NCBI GenBank assembly: GCA_963847185.1
Contig: CAWJYV010000007.1
Span: forward strand, 800,001-864,000
Direction of reading: 5' to 3'
Length of the DNA: 64,000 nucleotides
Source of the DNA: an uncultured Methanosarcinaceae archaeon
Lineage (GTDB): Archaea > Halobacteriota > Methanosarcinia > Methanosarcinales > Methanosarcinaceae
Below the pieces are notes generated by a model. It searched no databases, was not told the DNA's origin, and worked only from the letters and a program-made list of their open reading frames with translations. Position 1 is the first letter of the stretch. Every line of letters starts with the position of its first letter. Below, piece after piece: positions 11,064 through 22,776 of the stretch. A program made the position numbers and the translations under genes.

Positions 11064-11589
11064 CAGTGGTTCTTCCGAACCTGCGTTTTCTTACTATACA
11101 GTTCTTTATTGCTCAGGATAAAGTTTTAAACCTGACAATACCTTTTTCTCTTTAATCTTAATGTATACTGATGAACTGGCTGGCTTTATCTAGCCCGAAA
11201 ATGGCATCCTTGTGATCCTTCTTGTTCTGTCCATCCACTTTTCCTGTTTTGTATTTATATTACTCTAGATATAAGTATTTTCAGAGACCAGATTTATCAG
11301 AGTTAGGTTCTGAACAGAATTGGTAGTTTCTCATAGTAAGCCAATATGTGCAGATCCGAAATTTACTTCGAAGTGTTTCTCAAAAAGCCGAAAAACTACC
11401 GTTCACAGAAAATCCGGAATATGAAAGGCATTAGATAGTTTTAAAGATATTCAGAGAGATACTAAACTACAACTCTTTGAAGTTGTATAATATTTATCCT
11501 CCAAAATTTCAATACGATTTTCTAGAGAAATAATACTTATTTATTATTAAGCATAAGATAAATATTAATGAAACAAGAGGTTACAAATT

Positions 11590-12384
11590 ATGGATATTAT
11601 TGCCAGTCAATTATCGCTTCCTGTATCTTTTCCTCTATTAATAATTGTATTATTAATAATCTCACAGTCAATAAAAATGGTTAATGAATATGAGAGAGTA
11701 GTTATTTTCAGGTTGGGCCGCCTTAGTGGTGTGAAAGGACCTGGAATTTTCCTGATTATCCCGCTTATTGATAAAGCTATGAAAATAGATCTGAGAATTG
11801 TTGCAATTGATGTCCCTAAACAGGCAGTTATCACTAGGGATAATGTCACGGTTGAAGTGGATGCCGTTGTCTATTACAAGGTAGTTGAGCCTGGGGCCGC
11901 TATCACACAGGTTGAAAATTATATGTTTGCAACTTCCACCCTTTCACAGACAACCCTGAGGGACGTGCTGGGTCAGATGGAACTTGATGAATTGCTTTCG
12001 GAAAGAGAGAATATTAACAAGCAGATACAGGAACTTCTGGATGCATATACCGACCCTTGGGGAATTAAGGTTACAGGGGTCACGATCAGGGACGTAGCCC
12101 TGCCTGAAACAATGAAGAGAGCAATTGCTAAACAGGCTGAAGCTGAAAGGGAAAAGCGTGCCAGGATTATCCTTGCGGAAGGAGAGTCTCAGGCTGCCCA
12201 GAAAATGACAGAGGCCGCCGCTCTCTATGAGGGAATACCCACAGCAATCAAATTGAGGGAGCTGCAAACTTTAGCCGAGATTGCCAGGGAAAAGAATCTC
12301 ATAGTGGTTACACAATCTCAGACTCTTGAAACCGGAAATTTAGCAGCTATATCTCAGGCTATTTCTAGAAGGAAAGAACAATAA
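11590..12384 (+). CDS. Slipin/stomatin (SPFH) family protein
   Basis: EYERVVIFRLG, QTTLRDVLG, QAEAEREKRA coiled coil; adjacent to nfeD. Confidence 0.95.
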   Translation: MDIIASQLSLPVSFPLLIIVLLIISQSIKMVNEYERVVIFRLGRLSGVKGPGIFLIIPLIDKAMKIDLRIVAIDVPKQAVITRDNVTVEVDAVVYYKVVEPGAAITQVENYMFATSTLSQTTLRDVLGQMELDELLSERENINKQIQELLDAYTDPWGIKVTGVTIRDVALPETMKRAIAKQAEAEREKRARIILAEGESQAAQKMTEAAALYEGIPTAIKLRELQTLAEIAREKNLIVVTQSQTLETGNLAAISQAISRRKEQ

Positions 12385-12436
12385 AGGCTAAAGAAGAGTC
12401 TGAAGAAAAGCAATGAGCAAGAAAGGATAGATAAAC

Positions 12437-13738
12437 ATGCCTGCTGATAGGGCTTCCCATTTCCCCTCTATTTTTTTCCTGTGTTTTATCCTTATAGCAG
12501 CTCTTGCACCAGCTGCCGGGGCAGGACCTGAAGGCAAGGTGCTTGTACTTGAAATTTCCGAAGCCATAACCCCGGCTTCGGATGATATCATAGCTAATGC
12601 AATCGAGAAAGCTGAAAATGAAAACTTTGAAGCCCTCGTAATCGGTCTGGATACTCCTGGGGGAGGGTTGGAGGAGACCCAGATAATTATAAAAAACATA
12701 GAGAACACCAGCGTGCCTGTAATAGGGTATGTGCCCGATGGCGGGAAAGCCTGGTCCGCGGGTACTCTGATCCTTATGGGAACAGATATTGCAGCAATGG
12801 CCCCATTTACGGTTATCGGGTCAGCTCAGCCAGTACAGGTATCTGCAGAAGGCACAAAACCCATTAAAGATGAGAAAATAATAAATGCCCTTGTCAAGTT
12901 TTCAGTTACGACTGCGAGCAAACACGGAAGAAACGAGACCTTTGCAGAAGAAGTCATAACGAAAAATAAAAACCTTGATGCACAGGAAGCCCTGGATACA
13001 GGCGTGATAGAGTACATTGCTCCTTCTATTCCAGATTTGCTTACCCGGATTAACGGGAATGAAATAAAAGGAAGAACTCTGAAAACCGAAAACGCACAAA
13101 CAGAGAACTACGAACCCCCCTTGCCTCTTTCTTTTTTAGGGCTTATCTCAAACCCGATTATATCCTCCCTTCTTTTGACCATCGGACTCTATGGAATAAT
13201 CTTTGGGATTTCGAGCCCAGGTGCAGGAGCAGAGGTAATGGGAATTATTTCAATAGCACTCGGGTTGATAGGCACGGGATTTGATATAAACATAGGGGCA
13301 CTCTTTCTCATTCTTTTAGGAATAGGACTTCTCATTGTTGAAATTAAGATACCTGGATTCGGTATTTTCGGGCTTGCGGGTCTTATCAGTCTAATAATAG
13401 GAAGTATACTCCTTGTACCTATGGGAGGCGAAAATATATACACTCCCGAATTCCGGAGGCTCATGACCCTGACTATTATCGCCCCTACAATCGTCTTCGG
13501 GTTATTCCTTGTCTTTGCAATATATAAAGTGGCCGAGATTAGAAAGAAAAAACCAGTAATTGGATCGATTATAGGGAATACTGCTCAAACTATAGATTCT
13601 CTTGGCCCGGGGAAATCAGGATTTGTTCGTTACAGCGGAGAATACTGGCAAGCCAGATCAGAGGAGGAAATAGGAGTTAAAGAAGAAGTTGAAATAATTG
13701 GAAAAGAAAGGGAAGTACTTCTGGTGAGAAAAAAATAA
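12437..13738 (+). CDS. nfeD: NfeD family membrane-bound ClpP-class serine protease
   Basis: LDTPGG, AWSAG and GSAQP motifs, TM segments, C-terminal OB domain (GEYWQARS). Confidence 0.92.
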   Translation: MPADRASHFPSIFFLCFILIAALAPAAGAGPEGKVLVLEISEAITPASDDIIANAIEKAENENFEALVIGLDTPGGGLEETQIIIKNIENTSVPVIGYVPDGGKAWSAGTLILMGTDIAAMAPFTVIGSAQPVQVSAEGTKPIKDEKIINALVKFSVTTASKHGRNETFAEEVITKNKNLDAQEALDTGVIEYIAPSIPDLLTRINGNEIKGRTLKTENAQTENYEPPLPLSFLGLISNPIISSLLLTIGLYGIIFGISSPGAGAEVMGIISIALGLIGTGFDINIGALFLILLGIGLLIVEIKIPGFGIFGLAGLISLIIGSILLVPMGGENIYTPEFRRLMTLTIIAPTIVFGLFLVFAIYKVAEIRKKKPVIGSIIGNTAQTIDSLGPGKSGFVRYSGEYWQARSEEEIGVKEEVEIIGKEREVLLVRKK

Positions 13739-13776
13739 TTATCCCTTCTTTTCAGATTCAAAACTAAATCTGCTTG

Positions 13777-15111
13777 TTACTTTTTTCTTATTTTTTCCAA
13801 AACTTTTTGTTTCTTTTCAATAGCTTCAAGAGCTGCTTTATCAATTGATTCTCTCATTTCTTCAAAACCCCTCGGATTTTCTTCGCCATGGACTTTTTTG
13901 ACAGGAGTATAGGCTGATTCTCTAAATCTGGGTGTAAAGTCTCTGCATTCTCCATTTACGAAAATCTCAGCCCCATTTCCGTTCTCCACACGACCTATGA
14001 TATCCATTTGAATGCCTGCAGCTCTGACAGCATCAAGAATCTCATTAGCGTATTCAGGAGGAGCAATTACAAGCAAGGCATCGAGAGAAACTCCAAGATA
14101 ATCAATTTTAAGAGTCTCAAGCATGGAAAGCACTTTAGGATTCACAAGAGCCCTTATTTTTTCTTCTTCAAAAACCAGTTTTACACCTGCTGTTTTTGAG
14201 ATTTCCTTGGCATCACCCCGGATTCCACCGTTTGTAACGTCAGTCATTGAGTGGACTTTCCGGTGTAATTCGGACTGCAGCAGAACTTCACAGGCTTCAA
14301 GGAAGCGAATATTGATGGTCTCTTCCACGACCTCATGCATTCTGTAATAGAGTGCAGTTGTAGAAATCGTGCCCCCACCTGCTCCTTCAGTCATAAGGAT
14401 AAGGTCTCCTACCTGCGTTTTGTTTCGGGAGGTAAGAGAAGAAGTTACCCCTACAGCGCCAACACCACCTGTCATGCGCTCACCTATGACCATGTCCCCC
14501 CCGATTCGAAGGGTGCTTCCGGTTATAAGAGGTATGCCTGTCAGTTCGGAAACTGTGGTTATTCCTGCAATATGATCAAATATTTTTGCCACGTCTCCGT
14601 CATCTGCTATATGAATATCGGAAAGCATGGCTAGAGGACGGGCCCCCATAGAATATACATCACGTAGAGCTGCTCTGGCTACATGAAAACCTGAGAGAAA
14701 AGGAAAATCGCTCAGACGGGAGTGAATTCCGTCAACGGTGACTACCAGGTAATTATCGCCTATTTTAACAACTCCTGAGTCGTCAAGCTGGGAACTATCC
14801 ACAACCGCACCTGTCTGACCTATTACTTCTCCAAGTTTGGCGTGAACGTAAAAGTCCCCGGTGCCCCTTGATCCTACTCCAAATTCTCCCATGGAAACTC
14901 CGGAGAGAGTAGGACTTAGTACATCTCCCTCCACATTAAGGGTTGCTTTTGCCTCACAAATGACCGCAGCCGCAATCTCACGAGCCCTTTCAGGGTTTAT
15001 ATTTTTGATTTCAAGAATTCTTGAAGCCAGCTGTAACTCAAGCCCTTCTTCATTCGAGGGATCTTTCCTGAGAGCCCTTTTTACATAACCTTCTATATCC
15101 ATAATTACCAT
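13777..15111 (-). CDS. AIR synthase-related (PurM/HypE-like) protein
   Basis: DDSGVV, DGIHSRL, MTDVTNGG motifs. Confidence 0.8.
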   Translation of the reverse strand: MVIMDIEGYVKRALRKDPSNEEGLELQLASRILEIKNINPERAREIAAAVICEAKATLNVEGDVLSPTLSGVSMGEFGVGSRGTGDFYVHAKLGEVIGQTGAVVDSSQLDDSGVVKIGDNYLVVTVDGIHSRLSDFPFLSGFHVARAALRDVYSMGARPLAMLSDIHIADDGDVAKIFDHIAGITTVSELTGIPLITGSTLRIGGDMVIGERMTGGVGAVGVTSSLTSRNKTQVGDLILMTEGAGGGTISTTALYYRMHEVVEETINIRFLEACEVLLQSELHRKVHSMTDVTNGGIRGDAKEISKTAGVKLVFEEEKIRALVNPKVLSMLETLKIDYLGVSLDALLVIAPPEYANEILDAVRAAGIQMDIIGRVENGNGAEIFVNGECRDFTPRFRESAYTPVKKVHGEENPRGFEEMRESIDKAALEAIEKKQKVLEKIRKK

Positions 15112-15206
15112 CTCGCAGATATCTCTGCCCTATCAGGTGCAGGGCTGAGCAAATTGGCACAAGTGTAATCCGTAGAACTATAAGTAATTTAAATGATTTA
15201 GGAGTC

Positions 15207-15288
15207 AGAACTCAACTACTAGAGTTCAACACTAGAATTCAACTACTAAAATTAAACTACTAAAACTTAATTGCTAGAACTTAATACC
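15207..15288. repeat. Degenerate ~14-bp tandem repeat
   Basis: AACTCAACTACTAG / AATTCAACTACTAA / AATTAAACTACTAA-type units, about 6 copies. Confidence 0.5.
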
Positions 15289-15350
15289 GAATAAAAATGA
15301 GAAAAATAAATCAAGTTTCAATGCTGAAAACACTCTCCAAATGATTCCTT

Positions 15351-15980
15351 TCAGCACATTTCCACAAAATTTTTCAGAATCTTCAGTCCGGTAGCTCCAC
15401 TCTTCTCAGGATGGAATTGAGTGCCCATCACATTGCCTTTTGAGTTTACGACAGAGGCTGAAAACTCCAGTCCGTAGTTACAAGATGCAAGGGTATTTTC
15501 AGGTGCTGAGTCCACGTAGTAAGAGTGTACGAAATATACGAAAGAATCATCAGGGACGCCTTCAAAAAGAGGGTGATCCTGTCTGGTTTCAATATTATTC
15601 CAGCCAATATGAGGAACTTTCAATTCCGATTTTGGAAAGCGCAGCACTTTGCCGGAGATAAGATTCAGTCCATCAGTCAGTTTCCCTTCCTCTGAGGAAC
15701 TCATCAGAACCTGTTGCCCGAGACATATCCCGAGAATCGGCCTTCCTGACTTTACGTAATCAGAGATAATTCCTTTTATCGGGGCAAGACACTTCATCGC
15801 ATCCACAAAAGCGCCGACGCCCGGGAGAATCACCCCATCTGCTGCAAGGATCTCCTCATGGTCCCCGGTGATTGTGGGACTGGCACCAACGTGTTCGAGC
15901 CCCTTTTGAACACTCCGGAGATTTCCAAGTCCGTAATCGAGAATCACGATTCTTTTCATAGCTGTAAAGAATAAGTTCAA
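15351..15980 (-). CDS. hisH: Imidazole glycerol phosphate synthase glutamine amidotransferase subunit
   Basis: DYGLGNLRSV, LPGVGAF, GICLG, QFHPEKSG; start likely ATG 15959. Confidence 0.97.
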   Translation of the reverse strand: MNLFFTAMKRIVILDYGLGNLRSVQKGLEHVGASPTITGDHEEILAADGVILPGVGAFVDAMKCLAPIKGIISDYVKSGRPILGICLGQQVLMSSSEEGKLTDGLNLISGKVLRFPKSELKVPHIGWNNIETRQDHPLFEGVPDDSFVYFVHSYYVDSAPENTLASCNYGLEFSASVVNSKGNVMGTQFHPEKSGATGLKILKNFVEMC

Positions 15981-16078
15981 ATAGATTAAGCTTACGAATA
16001 AAGAAAAATCAGAAGGGAAATTATAGAAAGAGATTGAAATTGGAAGAAAAATTAAAGGATTCTGTAAATCTGTACTGA

Positions 16079-16378
16079 TCAGTATCTGTCTGCAGAAAAA
16101 CTATAAGGTCTTTCCTCTCTTTCAAAAATCACCTTATGTTTGCCACAACGTATACATTTATAGCGCTTTTCAAGCACTGTTGGCAAAAAAAACAGCGCCC
16201 CAGTCTTTCGTTTCCATTTATGCAGTCCAATAAAACACAAGAAACTATGGTCATGGTCCGATTCACTTGAATCATCAGAACATTCTTGAGTCAAAAAACT
16301 TTTTCCCCTCGTTCTTGATTGATAAGCTGGCTTTTTGATGGTGAAAAGAATATGGATAAAACAACTATATAAATACAT
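16079..16378 (-). CDS. Small putative Zn-binding protein (DUF1660-like); start uncertain
   Basis: LCFIGLHKW...YKCIRCGK motif. Confidence 0.4.
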   Translation of the reverse strand: MYLYSCFIHILFTIKKPAYQSRTRGKSFLTQECSDDSSESDHDHSFLCFIGLHKWKRKTGALFFLPTVLEKRYKCIRCGKHKVIFEREERPYSFSADRY

Positions 16379-16522
16379 ACTTATTTTGAATAATTATAAT
16401 AATTTTCGACTATGGTAAATATAGAAGGTCAAAAAATAGAAATAAACTATAAATACAATAATGTGGCTATTGAATATTAACTGAATAAATTATTTTTTAA
16501 TGTCTATACGTGAGGTAAATTC

Positions 16523-17008
16523 ATGACTAAACTTACATTATTGAGAAATGATGAAAAAGCCATGGAACTCCCGATTAATATTGTTGTCATGCTTGTTGTC
16601 GGAATGGTTGCCCTAGCAGCACTTATTTCGATAATACCTACTCCAACAAAGGAAATGTCGGTATTTGTAGAAAGATCAGCACTGGGAGGAGGGACTCTTC
16701 AGCCAGGCAACTCTATAGTAGTAAATGCGAGAACTGCAGAAAATCCTTTTGCAATAACTGTATCGGTAAAGGTAACAGACAATGACGGAAACCCTGTCAG
16801 AAACGCAAATGTTATTCTCAGGGGACTTGGGGGTGCTGCATCCAATACTACGGATGCAAACGGGCTCAGTGTCCTGACAACACCTTCAACTTCACTTGTC
16901 AAGCTTGATCCGAATCAGAATGAGGGAACAATGGACCTGAAAATTATGGCAGATGGCTTTTACGACTATGAGAAGAAAGATGCAGTTATGATTATCAAGA
17001 CTCGCTAA
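16523..17008 (+). CDS. Archaeal type IV pilin-like protein with Ig/carboxypeptidase-regulatory-like domain
   Basis: Class III-like signal peptide RNDEKA/MELPINIVVMLVV; VKVTDNDGNPVRNANV beta-sandwich motif. Confidence 0.7.
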   Translation: MTKLTLLRNDEKAMELPINIVVMLVVGMVALAALISIIPTPTKEMSVFVERSALGGGTLQPGNSIVVNARTAENPFAITVSVKVTDNDGNPVRNANVILRGLGGAASNTTDANGLSVLTTPSTSLVKLDPNQNEGTMDLKIMADGFYDYEKKDAVMIIKTR

Positions 17009-17050
17009 ATCGAATATATGTACAGGTAAAGCTGGAGAAAGGAGACTGGT

Positions 17051-17512
17051 ATGCTGCCAGAAAAACTCAAAAATAATGAAACAGGAACTGTGGGGCTTCC
17101 ACTAAGGATACTAGTCCTTTCAATTGTCGGTTTAGTGGGGTTTTACGCAATACTTTCAGCTCTCGGTAGCGCTCCTGCTCCTCCCGAACCCATGTACGCA
17201 ACAGCTAATATAAGCTCATTTTCTTTACCTTCACCCGAATCAGGAAGCTCAGGGGAAACTAATCTGCATCTGCTTGTAAAAGTTATTGACAGGAACAACC
17301 GCGGCATAAAACAAGCAAATGTAATTGCCTGGAGCCCTGATAAGGGAAATGCATATTCAGGTATTACTGACTATAAAGGAAATGCAGTAATAAAAATATC
17401 CAACCCCAAAATACCTCAAGGAAAAGCCGAAGGATATATTTCAATAAAAGTTATGAGAAGTGGATACATAGATTTCACAAGTGAGTATTTTGTTAAAGTA
17501 GTACGAAGTTAA
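17051..17512 (+). CDS. Archaeal type IV pilin-like protein
   Basis: Class III-like signal KNNETG/TVGLPLRILVLSIVG; VKVIDRNNRGIKQANV domain similar to the upstream gene. Confidence 0.65.
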   Translation: MLPEKLKNNETGTVGLPLRILVLSIVGLVGFYAILSALGSAPAPPEPMYATANISSFSLPSPESGSSGETNLHLLVKVIDRNNRGIKQANVIAWSPDKGNAYSGITDYKGNAVIKISNPKIPQGKAEGYISIKVMRSGYIDFTSEYFVKVVRS

Positions 17513-17817
17513 AGTTTTCTGAGACTAAGATCTTCTGAAGAATTTCTGCTTCCTTTTGTAAAAGAACAGAAATGTAGCCTGCGTATACAATTTGTTAGCT
17601 GTCTTCAGATTCTGGCCAGAGGTTCTGGCTATTAAAAGACATAATCTGTAAATAAATAGCTGCAATGAAGAAAGCTTAGAAATGGATAAAAAGAAAGATT
17701 GAGTGGATTTATCAATCATATTTAAAACAACAAACATATCCTCAATTTTTAAAAGTGTAGAGATTTTATGCTTGCGGGTTTCAATAATTGACTTTCCACA
17801 AAACTACAGATCTTTAT

Positions 17818-18306
17818 TTATTCTCCGGCACCAAAGGCAGCTTTAAGCTTGCGTTCTTCTTCCTTGGATAGGGAAGTGCGCACTACTTTTGGATTGAATT
17901 TGCCCAATTCATCGAGAACCTTATCTTCAGTCCATTTTGAAATCAACAGGAAGAGGGCAGATCCTCCGGGTTCTACAGTTTCAGCAACCTCATGGATGAA
18001 GTCGTCATTAATTCCATAATCCGTTAATTTGGCAGAAATTGCACCTGTCACGGCACCAATTGCCATACCCAACCAGGGCATCCAGAAAAGTAGCCCTATC
18101 AGCATACCCCAGAATGCTCCACCAACCGTGCCTGCACCGACAAGGTTCATTGCCTGCTTTACCTTGACCTTACCATCGTGGTTGCGAATAACGATTGCAG
18201 CGTCATCAAGAGTTATCAACTGCTCTTTTTGAAGTTTTTTGATGGCTCCATCCATCTCAGAGGCGCCTTTGTCGTTCGAAAAGGCAAAAACTATCAACTC
18301 ACTCAT
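17818..18306 (-). CDS. DUF1269 family membrane protein
   Basis: LDDAAIV, GAFWGMLIGLLF, DYGINDDF, PGGSALF. Confidence 0.88.
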   Translation of the reverse strand: MSELIVFAFSNDKGASEMDGAIKKLQKEQLITLDDAAIVIRNHDGKVKVKQAMNLVGAGTVGGAFWGMLIGLLFWMPWLGMAIGAVTGAISAKLTDYGINDDFIHEVAETVEPGGSALFLLISKWTEDKVLDELGKFNPKVVRTSLSKEEERKLKAAFGAGE

Positions 18307-18854
18307 TTTTTAAGACCTCCTTTCTTATTTTCGATTTAATCTAAAATACGATGATAGCCTTAGTTTAAGAGAAATAGCCTTATCCGAAGTTCAATAGAAA
18401 GTAATCCATTGAGAGAACCAGGAGGTTTGAAGCCTCACAGGTAATAGATAATTCATTTAGAAAACCTGTCAGGATGCCTTTTAACTGGTTATTTCATTAG
18501 TTCATACCCTCTTTCCGGAAATGCAGATTTCCCCTTACTTATCACAGAAGCCACCGATAATAACAATCTCATAATATTATATATGTTTTACGCACTTGAA
18601 GATCAAAATTGATAACATAAGAGCGAATAAGAGGTATTTTAATTCGGAAATTTAGTAGTTCACAAGTATGGTTGGATAAAATATGATAGTAAATGAAAAA
18701 GAATTTTCAATCACCTTCAGAAAATTCATAAAGGCGATTGTATAACATTATGAGAGTGATTAATAGTATAGCAGATTCTGTGATTGCTCGCGAGAGATGA
18801 ATAATTTATACTTTTCTGAAAGAATAAATCATTAAGCAGCTGTTTTTGCCCGCT

Positions 18855-19766
18855 TTATTCAGGATCGGATAGTGATTTCTTTTTACGGTTTACCATGTAA
18901 AATTTCATGAGGACAGCCCCTGCCATCATGACTCCAAGACCCATAGGAAAATAAGGAGACCTTATTATATCCCACCTACCGGACCAGACAAGGAATCCGG
19001 CGAGGAAAAGAGCTGAAGACCCCACAATTCCTGAGATTTCCAGGGGAATTTTGATTGAGCCTAGGGTAAACCTGTTTTGATTCTCAAGAAATTCAACGCG
19101 AGACTCAAGTTTTTTCATGTATTCGTATTTCGCAGTCTCTTGATTCCTGAAATTCTGAACTTCTTTATCTATCCTTTCAATTTCCGGTTTCAAGTTGTCG
19201 TGAACAAAACCTGATAATTCGGAGAGTGAGGCCTGAAGAGCGCGAAGACTTTCGGAAAGACCGGAGAAGAGCTCATTTATACTCCTGATTTTGTAGCCAG
19301 TTCCTGAAGTTTCGGAAGAATTATCCACAGAGAGAATAGAAATATCCGAGGTGTTACCTGAAGGAAGGACTGCACTGAGAGCAAGACTAGAATTATTCCC
19401 CTCTGAAAATGATGGAACTGAATTAGAAAGCAAAGAATTTCCATGAAGAGGAATAGAAGATTCAGGAGACACAGAAGGCATCTGTGGAAAAACCGCGGAG
19501 CCTGCAACAATAGTCCCTGAATTTTCCTCAGGAAAAGGATCAGAGAAATTCCCAGAGAAAACTCTTTCAGTCTCCAGGGAAGGAGGAGTTTCCACTGAAA
19601 GGCGCCTTTCGACTGCCCTGAGCCTCTTTTCAAAACTCCTTATGCTTTGATCAAAAACCTCAATTCTTCCCTGTAGATCCTCCCTGATTTCTGGTTCTTC
19701 CTGATGTAACTTGTTCAATGAACCATTACCCCCACAAAATTTATTATAAAGAATCTGATCCGACAC
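18855..19766 (-). CDS. Hypothetical membrane-anchored coiled-coil protein
   Basis: 303-aa ORF with coiled-coil segments, Ser-rich linker and two C-terminal TM helices. Confidence 0.7.
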   Translation of the reverse strand: MSDQILYNKFCGGNGSLNKLHQEEPEIREDLQGRIEVFDQSIRSFEKRLRAVERRLSVETPPSLETERVFSGNFSDPFPEENSGTIVAGSAVFPQMPSVSPESSIPLHGNSLLSNSVPSFSEGNNSSLALSAVLPSGNTSDISILSVDNSSETSGTGYKIRSINELFSGLSESLRALQASLSELSGFVHDNLKPEIERIDKEVQNFRNQETAKYEYMKKLESRVEFLENQNRFTLGSIKIPLEISGIVGSSALFLAGFLVWSGRWDIIRSPYFPMGLGVMMAGAVLMKFYMVNRKKKSLSDPE

Positions 19767-21183
19767 TATATAAAAATTTTGAAAACATAAAATAATATTA
19801 TTTAGAATAATATTAAAAATGACAACATAAAGCTGATAGCAAAAAGAGAAAAATCAAAGGAGTCTGAAAAGGAAATTGAGAAAAAACGCACATTAAATTC
19901 TTCGAGTCACATGCCTGATAAATGAAAGTAATTTTCACTTACCTTTTTTGTTATTTGCTCCATCATTACCTCAGGACAGTAAGGTTTTCTTTTCTTCGGT
20001 TTTTCAAAATCGTGAAAACACGAATCTGTGAATTTCCACCGAAGACCCAAATTTGACTTTGATCAAAAATACCAATCACCTTTGAGGTAGTTTCTCTGTC
20101 ATTGAAACGATAGTAATGTAAATTGGCAGGAGAAATAAACAAATCTACCCTACTTGGTTTCCTCTTAATCTTTGGTTTGGATCGCAGGTAGGGTTTTGAG
20201 AATAGGGACTCAAATCTCTACCATCTACTTCTAAATTATTCTCAGAAAATAATCTCCTTTTGTTCGAACATAGACTCAGGTAAAAGCAACCGTGCATAAG
20301 CCTGTACATTTCTTAACGATCTTTTATTGCTTTGTCTGGATTTTTGAGGTGTATTCTTGCATCAGATACTCCTCAGAATGTGCGATCAAGAGGATAAATT
20401 CTAAAAATCTAATATCTCAATTTGAGACGCAATTGTGAATTCCTGGTTCGGCCCTATAATCATCTTAATATTTTGAAAAATGATATTGCAAATTGATCCT
20501 ATTAACCTATAAGTGCCCAAAACAATTACTTATGCAAAATTAAGTACCTAAATTACCTGATTACTGCAAATATCCGGGAAAAGAAATGCCTATCCTTGAT
20601 GCAAAAGCCTGGAGGGAAATATGAGCGAAATTCAAAGAAAATTCGATGAGGTTTCTAAAAAGTATGATGAGCAGAGAAGGAAGTTTATACCTTGTTTCGA
20701 CGATTTTTACAGATTATCGGCATCTGTGGCATCAGCTGATACGAAGACTCCTAATATTTTGGATGTAGGTGCCGGAACAGGACTACTATCGTCATTTCTG
20801 ATGGAGAGATATCCAGAGGCATCATTTACTCTTATTGATATCTCGGAAAAGATGCTGGAAATTGCAAAAGAGAGGTTTGGGAATAATTCAAACGTAAAAT
20901 ATATTATAGCAGACTATTCAAAGTATGATTTCGCAGAAGAATATGACCTTGTAGTGTCAGCACTGTCTGTCCATCATTTGGAGGATGAAGAAAAAAAGGA
21001 ACTATATAAAAAAACTTACTCCATACTTAAACAAAATGGAATTTTTATTAACGCAGACCAGATATATGGAGAAACTCCTTTTATAGAGAACTTAAATAAA
21101 ACAGTCTGGAGACAATATATTGAAAACAGTGGCTTGTCAAAAGAAGAATTATTAGCTGGTTATGAAAGAATTAAGCTTGATAA

Positions 21184-22776
21184 CCTTAGTTTGACATTAA
21201 TATAAAAATAAGTACTCTTATTTTCGTTAATGGTTTGATGAATATACTAACAAAAATAAGAGCATTTCCTACAATACCTAACAAGAATATATGTGTTCCT
21301 ATTGGATCGATGCTTACTGTTCAATACTTTTATGAAAAACTTAATTTTTTTGACATTTTTAGCAAACACAAAAGTAGAGGTTTAGATCTTAATAGTTTAA
21401 TAATCGGCTTGGTAAGCTATAAGCTCACCGAGAATTTCAGCATAAAAGAAGCTGGTAAATGGTTAAATCAGAAAGAAATTCTCGAGATTTTGAATCTCGA
21501 GAGTTTCCATGAAAAAGTGCTTTATAGAACTCTTGAGATCATAGGACGTAATAAGGAGAGAATTCTCTCGGAAATATTAGATAATCTTTTTTCTGTTTAT
21601 GATTTTGAAGAGACAGACATAAACCTTGACTGGACTAGTATAACTCTTTACGGAACAAAATCTAATCTTGGAAAGCATGGATATAGCAGAGATTATAGAC
21701 CTGATAAGCTGCAAATAACAGTTGGAATCAGTGAACTCAAAAAACCAATTAATATTCCTATTGGAATTACAGTAAATAGAGGAAACGTTCTTGATCTGCA
21801 ACATTTTCCTGAGACTTATAGCCAGGTAAAAAATAAATTAAAAAAAGAATCTCTTATTGTTTTTGATAAAGGCGCTAATACTGTTGACAACATTAAGCTA
21901 ATACAGGAAGATGAGATGACGTATCTTACTTCCATGAAACTGAATTCAAGCGATGATAAAATCATTGAGAATTTTGATTTAAAATTAGCGCAGTTAATAG
22001 ATCCCGAAAAAAGTATTTATGGGATAAAAATCGTTAAGCCAAATAGCATCAAGTATTTCTATTTCTCAAAATCATTACAAGAGAAGCAACTGGAAGCTAA
22101 AGCAAGAACTATTCTTAAAAAGTTAAAGGAAGCAAAAGAGATACAGGAAATAATAGCAAAAAACAAAAAGCTTCCTAAAAAATTCAGAATCAATAATGAG
22201 TTAATTGAAATTGATTACTCTTTTAAGACTAAGCTCGAAGAGCTTAGTGAGGAAGAAGCAATAGAACTCTTGAAAAGTTCCATAATTAATGGAAGAGAAG
22301 GATTTTTCTGCCTTAAATCAAACAAGAATTTGACACTTGAAAAGGCTTTGGAGATATATCGAGAAAAGGATTCTATTGAGAAAATATTTAACTCATTGAA
22401 AAACGAAATACAGATTAAGCCGTTAAGAGTTTGGTCAGATAATAGTATTTATGGGGCTCTTCTATTGGGATTTATTGCTCAATTATTCATATCGCTGATG
22501 CGATATGAATTTGAGGAAATCAAGCACAAATCCACAAAATTCATCAAAAAAAGCTTGAAGAATTTGACACTTACAATAAAGTTCGTGAAAAATGGAGTCA
22601 GAAATTATATTTTTGCTAATTTTGACAAGATCAATAGCTTAATTGTAACAAAAATGGGCACTATTCCATAGAATTTATTATAAAATTAAATGGATTCATA
22701 GCCTCCTGTCAAAACAGTTCGAGCTAAAAATAAGATAGATTTTCAATATCAATTAGTGAATACTGTCAAATTAGGG
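21184..22776 (+). mobile_element. IS1634-family insertion sequence
   Basis: Imperfect TIRs CCTTAGTTTGACA / TGTCAAATTAGGG; 6-bp TSD TGATAA at 21178-21183 and 22777-22782. Confidence 0.92.
21235..22671 (+). CDS. IS1634-family DDE transposase
   Basis: DWTSITLYG, GYSRDYRPDKLQ, VFDKG, YREKDSIEKIFNSLK. Confidence 0.92.
   Translation: MMNILTKIRAFPTIPNKNICVPIGSMLTVQYFYEKLNFFDIFSKHKSRGLDLNSLIIGLVSYKLTENFSIKEAGKWLNQKEILEILNLESFHEKVLYRTLEIIGRNKERILSEILDNLFSVYDFEETDINLDWTSITLYGTKSNLGKHGYSRDYRPDKLQITVGISELKKPINIPIGITVNRGNVLDLQHFPETYSQVKNKLKKESLIVFDKGANTVDNIKLIQEDEMTYLTSMKLNSSDDKIIENFDLKLAQLIDPEKSIYGIKIVKPNSIKYFYFSKSLQEKQLEAKARTILKKLKEAKEIQEIIAKNKKLPKKFRINNELIEIDYSFKTKLEELSEEEAIELLKSSIINGREGFFCLKSNKNLTLEKALEIYREKDSIEKIFNSLKNEIQIKPLRVWSDNSIYGALLLGFIAQLFISLMRYEFEEIKHKSTKFIKKSLKNLTLTIKFVKNGVRNYIFANFDKINSLIVTKMGTIP

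Noticed and set aside
19907-19966. 19-codon minus-strand ORF MMEQITKKVSENYFHLSGM with a GAGGT RBS
   Set aside because: Too short to support without conservation or Ribo-seq data
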